Source: Cyanophora paradoxa CCMP329 (lineage: Eukaryota > Plantae > Glaucophyta). From it: DNA of 59,637 bases. Location of the stretch: the NCBI GenBank assembly GCA_004431415.1, contig QPMI01000112.1:1-59637 (forward strand), in the 5' to 3' direction. Positions 55,035 through 59,637 of this stretch are shown in pieces. A program made the position numbers and the translations under genes. Below the pieces are notes generated by a model. That model was given only the letters and a program-made list of their open reading frames with translations. It had not been told where the DNA came from and ran no database searches. The stretch's first letter is position 1. The number at the start of each line of letters is the position of its first letter.

Positions 55035-58000
55035 ATGTCGTTTTTGAATCCACGACGGATATTCCGCAGGCTAAAGTTTCAGTCCTGAGAAAGAGCCGAT
55101 TGATCTGGTAAACCCAGAGATCAGAGGGTCGTTGAGAATTGAATTCAATGGGATCGGGAGGATCCCATTAGTGGAACACCCAGCAGACCGGCGCATTGCA
55201 GCTGGTAAATGTTGAGCCAGGAGATAATAATTGGGAATCGATTTTCTGCTCGATGATAACGAGCGGAATAGGGTTGCAAGCATCCAAGCAACTCGCCAGA
55301 TACCCAAAACAGTTAAATACAAATCGAAGGAACATACCCAAGTCCTTCGATAGGGGTCGATTGAATTTCTTTGTCCAGGATGAAACGGGTCACACAGAAT
55401 GCAGCCCTTCGAATTTCGGATAATAGCACCCTAATTGCTGGTGTATCAAATCGAAAGACAAAGGTTGAAATAGCCCACGATCTTTCAGCGAGCAATGTTT
55501 TTACGAGCAACCTGGAAGTGAACACAATCAAGGCAGGAACATTATCGACAAGCAACCTTTTGACTTCTAATATTTCAGTAAATAGATTCGTAATCAAGGA
55601 TGCAGCTATGTTCCACAATTGCAGAGGGGACCTTCACTGCAGATTCAACAAAGCCCATGCTGGAGATTTACCAGGATGGAGAATTGGTGGAGCGATTGGC
55701 TCAAATGCTCCAGTGGTTCGATCGATCGCCCTGGATAAAACCACCATATCGATGGCAGAGAGATCCAGTATTCAACACAGAAAAGCAAGCGCTTCGAACT
55801 GGGCATTTGCATATCACAAGGGAGAACATAAACAATCTGCTGGGAGAGGATATGTGAAAGAGTTTTTGAACTTCAAGCTAGCAAAAATACGAAAGATACG
55901 AGCCAGGACACCACCTCACTGCCCACAGCACCGAGATTGCACCCTGCAATCCGAGATCAATACTTTATTCGCTGCAGATGGAGTTCTTGCGATCACATTG
56001 GCAAGCATTTTGGCAAAGAGAACATTTACCCAGCAACCGATAATAAGTATAGAATTGGTCTTTCCAATCTCAGGTGGATGGAAGTAAATGCAAACAAAGC
56101 AAATTTTAATAGCCTGACTCTCATCAACAATGCAGATTCAAAGCTACAATTACTTTCGATGGAAGATTGGAACCAAACCTATACGAACACAAAGAGTTTT
56201 ACGAAGACTGAAACTGCCACCACTCAAATCCTCGTATCTACATGTAGCTTACTTCCCCCTCCAACCTATTCCTTTACATGGGCTGAATTTGGTATTACGG
56301 ATCCAGCGAGCTTCCAACTGCCACGATATTCGATTTGACAGATTACTTTGATCAAACAACACTGTTATCAACGCAGGCATACATAACGAATGTTACAATG
56401 ACAGGATTTGATGTGACTTTCAACATGCCCATGCCTGAAATGGTAACCCCAATCACTAAAGTAGCAAATTCTGCCACATTCAAATTTAATGTAACTGCTG
56501 TACATAATGTTCCAATATACGGAGAACCCTACATCAAAATAAATAGCAATATCCGGGCAGCAAGTATCTTCCCCAAGATCAGAGCCGCACTCTAGGATCA
56601 GCATCCAGCAACTGGCAGAGTGTGTACTCCAGCAATGTGAACACAAACAAAATCCTTATGACCAAAACTAACCTATCCACTATCAGCTCTGTAAACAGTT
56701 TTTTGGCGGATACAACTCCAAGCATCTCATACCACAATCTGAAAGGTTCAAGCAATTTATCCCAAACAGGATCGAAGCAATTTGTTATGCTGATCTACAG
56801 AGCTATAATATGAACAATCAATACAGAGTGAATGGCACCCTCCCATGTGTATAATATACTTTTGCACCCATTCCTATCAGCCCCCACAGTGACTTTACAA
56901 GATACAAATACATACTTCAAAGCAACAATTGTGAATGGAATAACCTATCCTGCTACAACAACCACATCCCTTTTAGTGTGACTAATGTGACAAATAACAG
57001 GATTCACATTGGTTGGCACAACCACACTTCACAAGACATAATTTTGTACCCTGCAGGTTTGTATTTCAATCAAGGCACCCCTCCTTACACAATCGGCTGG
57101 ACAGCAGTGGGCAATGTGCTCAATACACTCCAGAGGATCGCCTTCGGATCACTTATCCAGTTGACACAGATGCTCTCTTTGTCAAAAAATCAATGGGGCA
57201 GTCTTGGGCAATCCGGTGGAAGAACAGTGTTCACCCAAATATCACCAAACACCAGCAATTATTTGCCTTTAATCCTGATTAATTCCGACCAGAAACCTTG
57301 TGGTAGGCAGTACTTTTGCCTCGAGAGAACAGACATTACCGTAAAAGTTTCTTACCACTACAAATCAGAGAATCCAGTGAAGTATGGCTACCTTTATGAA
57401 AGAAATGGGCTGCGTTTGTACTTACCAATCAGAGAGTGTTAACATGTCGTACCCAGGGTGGACATTGATGCAATCATTTATGAATGTGAACTGGAAGGAT
57501 TTTCACCCTCCAGTCCTCACAGATGGCCTGATGATTTATTACGATTACAAAACAACCATTTGACAGCTTCTTTATTCTTTTCACGTTCAATGGATCACAG
57601 ACATTAGCAACCAAAAATCAAAAATAGGTATATCCAAACAGACTTTGAATGGAACTGACATTTACATTGCGAGATAGGTACACACCCAATACAACTCTGC
57701 CCTGGAATGTGAGCAGCTGCAATATTATGTACAGAACACATTATCCGCCAATAAATTTACGAGGGTGGATTCGCAAAATGAAGGAACAAGACTGCTGTCT
57801 CGAAATGGCTCTGAGAGCTTTTCAGCAACCCCACTGCCCAGCTTGGTGAAAACAGCACATATGACACACTTGCAATGTTTGGTATGCCATGGGATTGCCC
57901 ATCCACCTGTGTCTACAGCCCTTTTCAATTACCTGCAGTCCAAGTATGGCACAATATCAGGAAGCGCAACAGAGGGGCAGCAGATGCACCTATTGTCTTT

Positions 58001-59637
58001 AAAAGCGGTTACACCCAGCCATTCACTGCTGAAGGTGGCACAGGTGACCACTGACCAACCAACCCAAAGATGAACCCGATCCAACAGACACCCCAACCAA
58101 TCCAGATAATCCACCCTCAAAGAAACACCTAAAACGACTGACCAACCAACGGGGTCCAGATATAGGTGCATAGTTGGTATCGTTATAGGCTCGCTAGCTG
58201 GTGGGGCTGAGCTTTGTATGCGGTCTATATATTTTTGAGATTCGTGATTGCTGCCAGGGTCAGCATTTGCAACAACCTCGGCAACTGTCACTGAAACAGC
58301 AGCTGGGGCTGTTGCTGTCCAAGCTACTGGGGCTGAGGGTACCACAGGCTCAATTATAACGAAATGGCAGAGGACCAAAACAAGGCACCATCAGGGATGC
58401 ACAGTTCATGAAAGAGATTGCAAGAAGGGAAGGTAGAGCAAGTAAGGATGAAACAATTCCATAATTTATAGAAGCTTAATTATAATGACCTCCTTACAAC
58501 TCCGATTGCCATTGACACATATTTAGTAGAGGATCTGCTATTCCATCCACAATACCAGCTGCTGCTCAAGTATTCCCCATATAGAGGTCACTCAAATCTC
58601 TGGAATGATGCTTATCATGAGTTTGGGCATTTATATGACATTGATCAAGGGACAGGCTACATAGATGCTCTGATGGTACAGTCTTTCGAACTTGAACTCT
58701 AACGCAGAGGGTGGCTTTGCATTCCAATTCTGCTCGAATGTGTTTATTCACCCAACAGATTTATGCAGAATGTGTATGCCGGAAAACAGCTGCCTATATA
58801 TCCTCTGAAGCAGCAGAGTTCGATGTTCCTTGGTTGCCAATACAATTGGAGCCTCAAGTATTTATTTGAGAAGGAAGCCGTAGCCACGGAGCCTTGGACA
58901 TCAATGTTATTAAGGGCTGACCAATGCATCTGCTGACTCGAATGTTGTAAAAGGCTGGCTGGCAGATTTTACCACTTCAATGTACAAAGGTGGCTGGCAG
59001 CTACCTGCCATTGACAGGAGGAACTATAAGCGGAAACCTTAATATTACAGAGAAACTAATGATGGGTTCCACATATCTTATGACAGAACCCTTGACTTCA
59101 ATGTGTTTGACCCACTGAGCATTAGCGAATGCCTTCTTTACTTTAATGCCAGTAAGGAACAAGGAAAAAACCAATAATGCACATTTGGCTTATGGACAAC
59201 TTTGCGAAGGAACTAGTGGGTGGTTATAACAATTTCATTAATTACCTTATTGGAATTTCATCGTCTTTCAAATATTTAGCAACTGTGAACGAAATCAACA
59301 GCAACCTGCATATGGATTTGAGCCAAATGGTGGTTGGCCGATCAGTATATGGTACGTCCGTTACTGGTTCATATGCGCCATAGATTTCACACAAGGAGTT
59401 ACCATGTTATTTGTGGCACAGGCTTGGCGCATTCCAAGTGAACACATGAAGGCATCCTTCGATTCACTTCTCTTGACAATAATGAAACATGGACAGTCAG
59501 CAGACTGTATAGTATCTCCCCTACACCGAGCTATTACCTATATGTCACTAAGAATGATGGTACCTATGCCAGCATCAGCTCAGACTCATCAGTAAAGGTA
59601 CGAATAACATTAGAGGAATGGACCAAATATACTCTAT
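55035..59637 (+). CDS. Large fibre/structural gene region (heavily frameshifted; may be more than one gene)
   Basis: Colinear plus-strand fragments. ALRISD (element 1 ALRLID); NIYPATDNKYRIGLSNLRW (element 1 LLPALHDSYDLGLRTRQW); Thr/Asn-rich beta-type sequence; YTIGWTAVG. Syntenic with the element-1 fibre. Confidence 0.5.

Larger units (their letters stand above)
39800..59637. mobile_element. Endogenous Polinton-like virus element 2, inverted relative to element 1 (right end outside window; left boundary approximate)
   Basis: Lower-GC intronless block with integrase, PolB-helicase fusion, ATPase, MCP, two minor capsids, patatin and fibre, all with motif-level homology to element 1. Confidence 0.88.

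Noticed and set aside
1-59637. Both viral blocks as arms of one giant inverted repeat or a single element
   Set aside because: Homology is only at diverged protein level, replication genes differ, and the middle is intron-rich host DNA.

Overview
Eukaryotic (protist/algal-type) genomic window with three parts. (1) ~1-20 kb: an AT-richer endogenous Polinton-like virus (element 1, left end outside the window). It carries a cluster of fibre-like genes, a patatin phospholipase, two divergently transcribed minor capsid (penton-like) genes, a double-jelly-roll-type major capsid gene, an A32-like packaging ATPase, an rve/DDE integrase, a protein-primed PolB and two HNH-AP2 endonucleases. (2) ~20.5-39.7 kb: very GC-rich, intron-rich host DNA. 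It holds a multi-exon soluble-adenylyl-cyclase-like gene (two class III cyclase domains plus a P-loop/STAND region) on the minus strand. One intron contains a ~600-bp miniature LTR retroelement (TRIM) whose 144-bp LTRs carry tRNA-like Pol III A/B boxes. A probable tyrosine-recombinase retroelement remnant and several repeats follow. (3) ~39.8-59.6 kb: a second, related but divergent element in the opposite orientation (right end outside the window). It has the same virion module and gene order but a different replication gene (PolB-like domain fused to an SF1 helicase and an HNH-like tail), a DUF5710-like gene and an S-adenosylmethionine decarboxylase homolog. Many viral genes are split by small indels, which may be long-read errors or decay, so their coordinates are reconstructed by eye. 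All family calls rest on motif recognition; no database searches were run.
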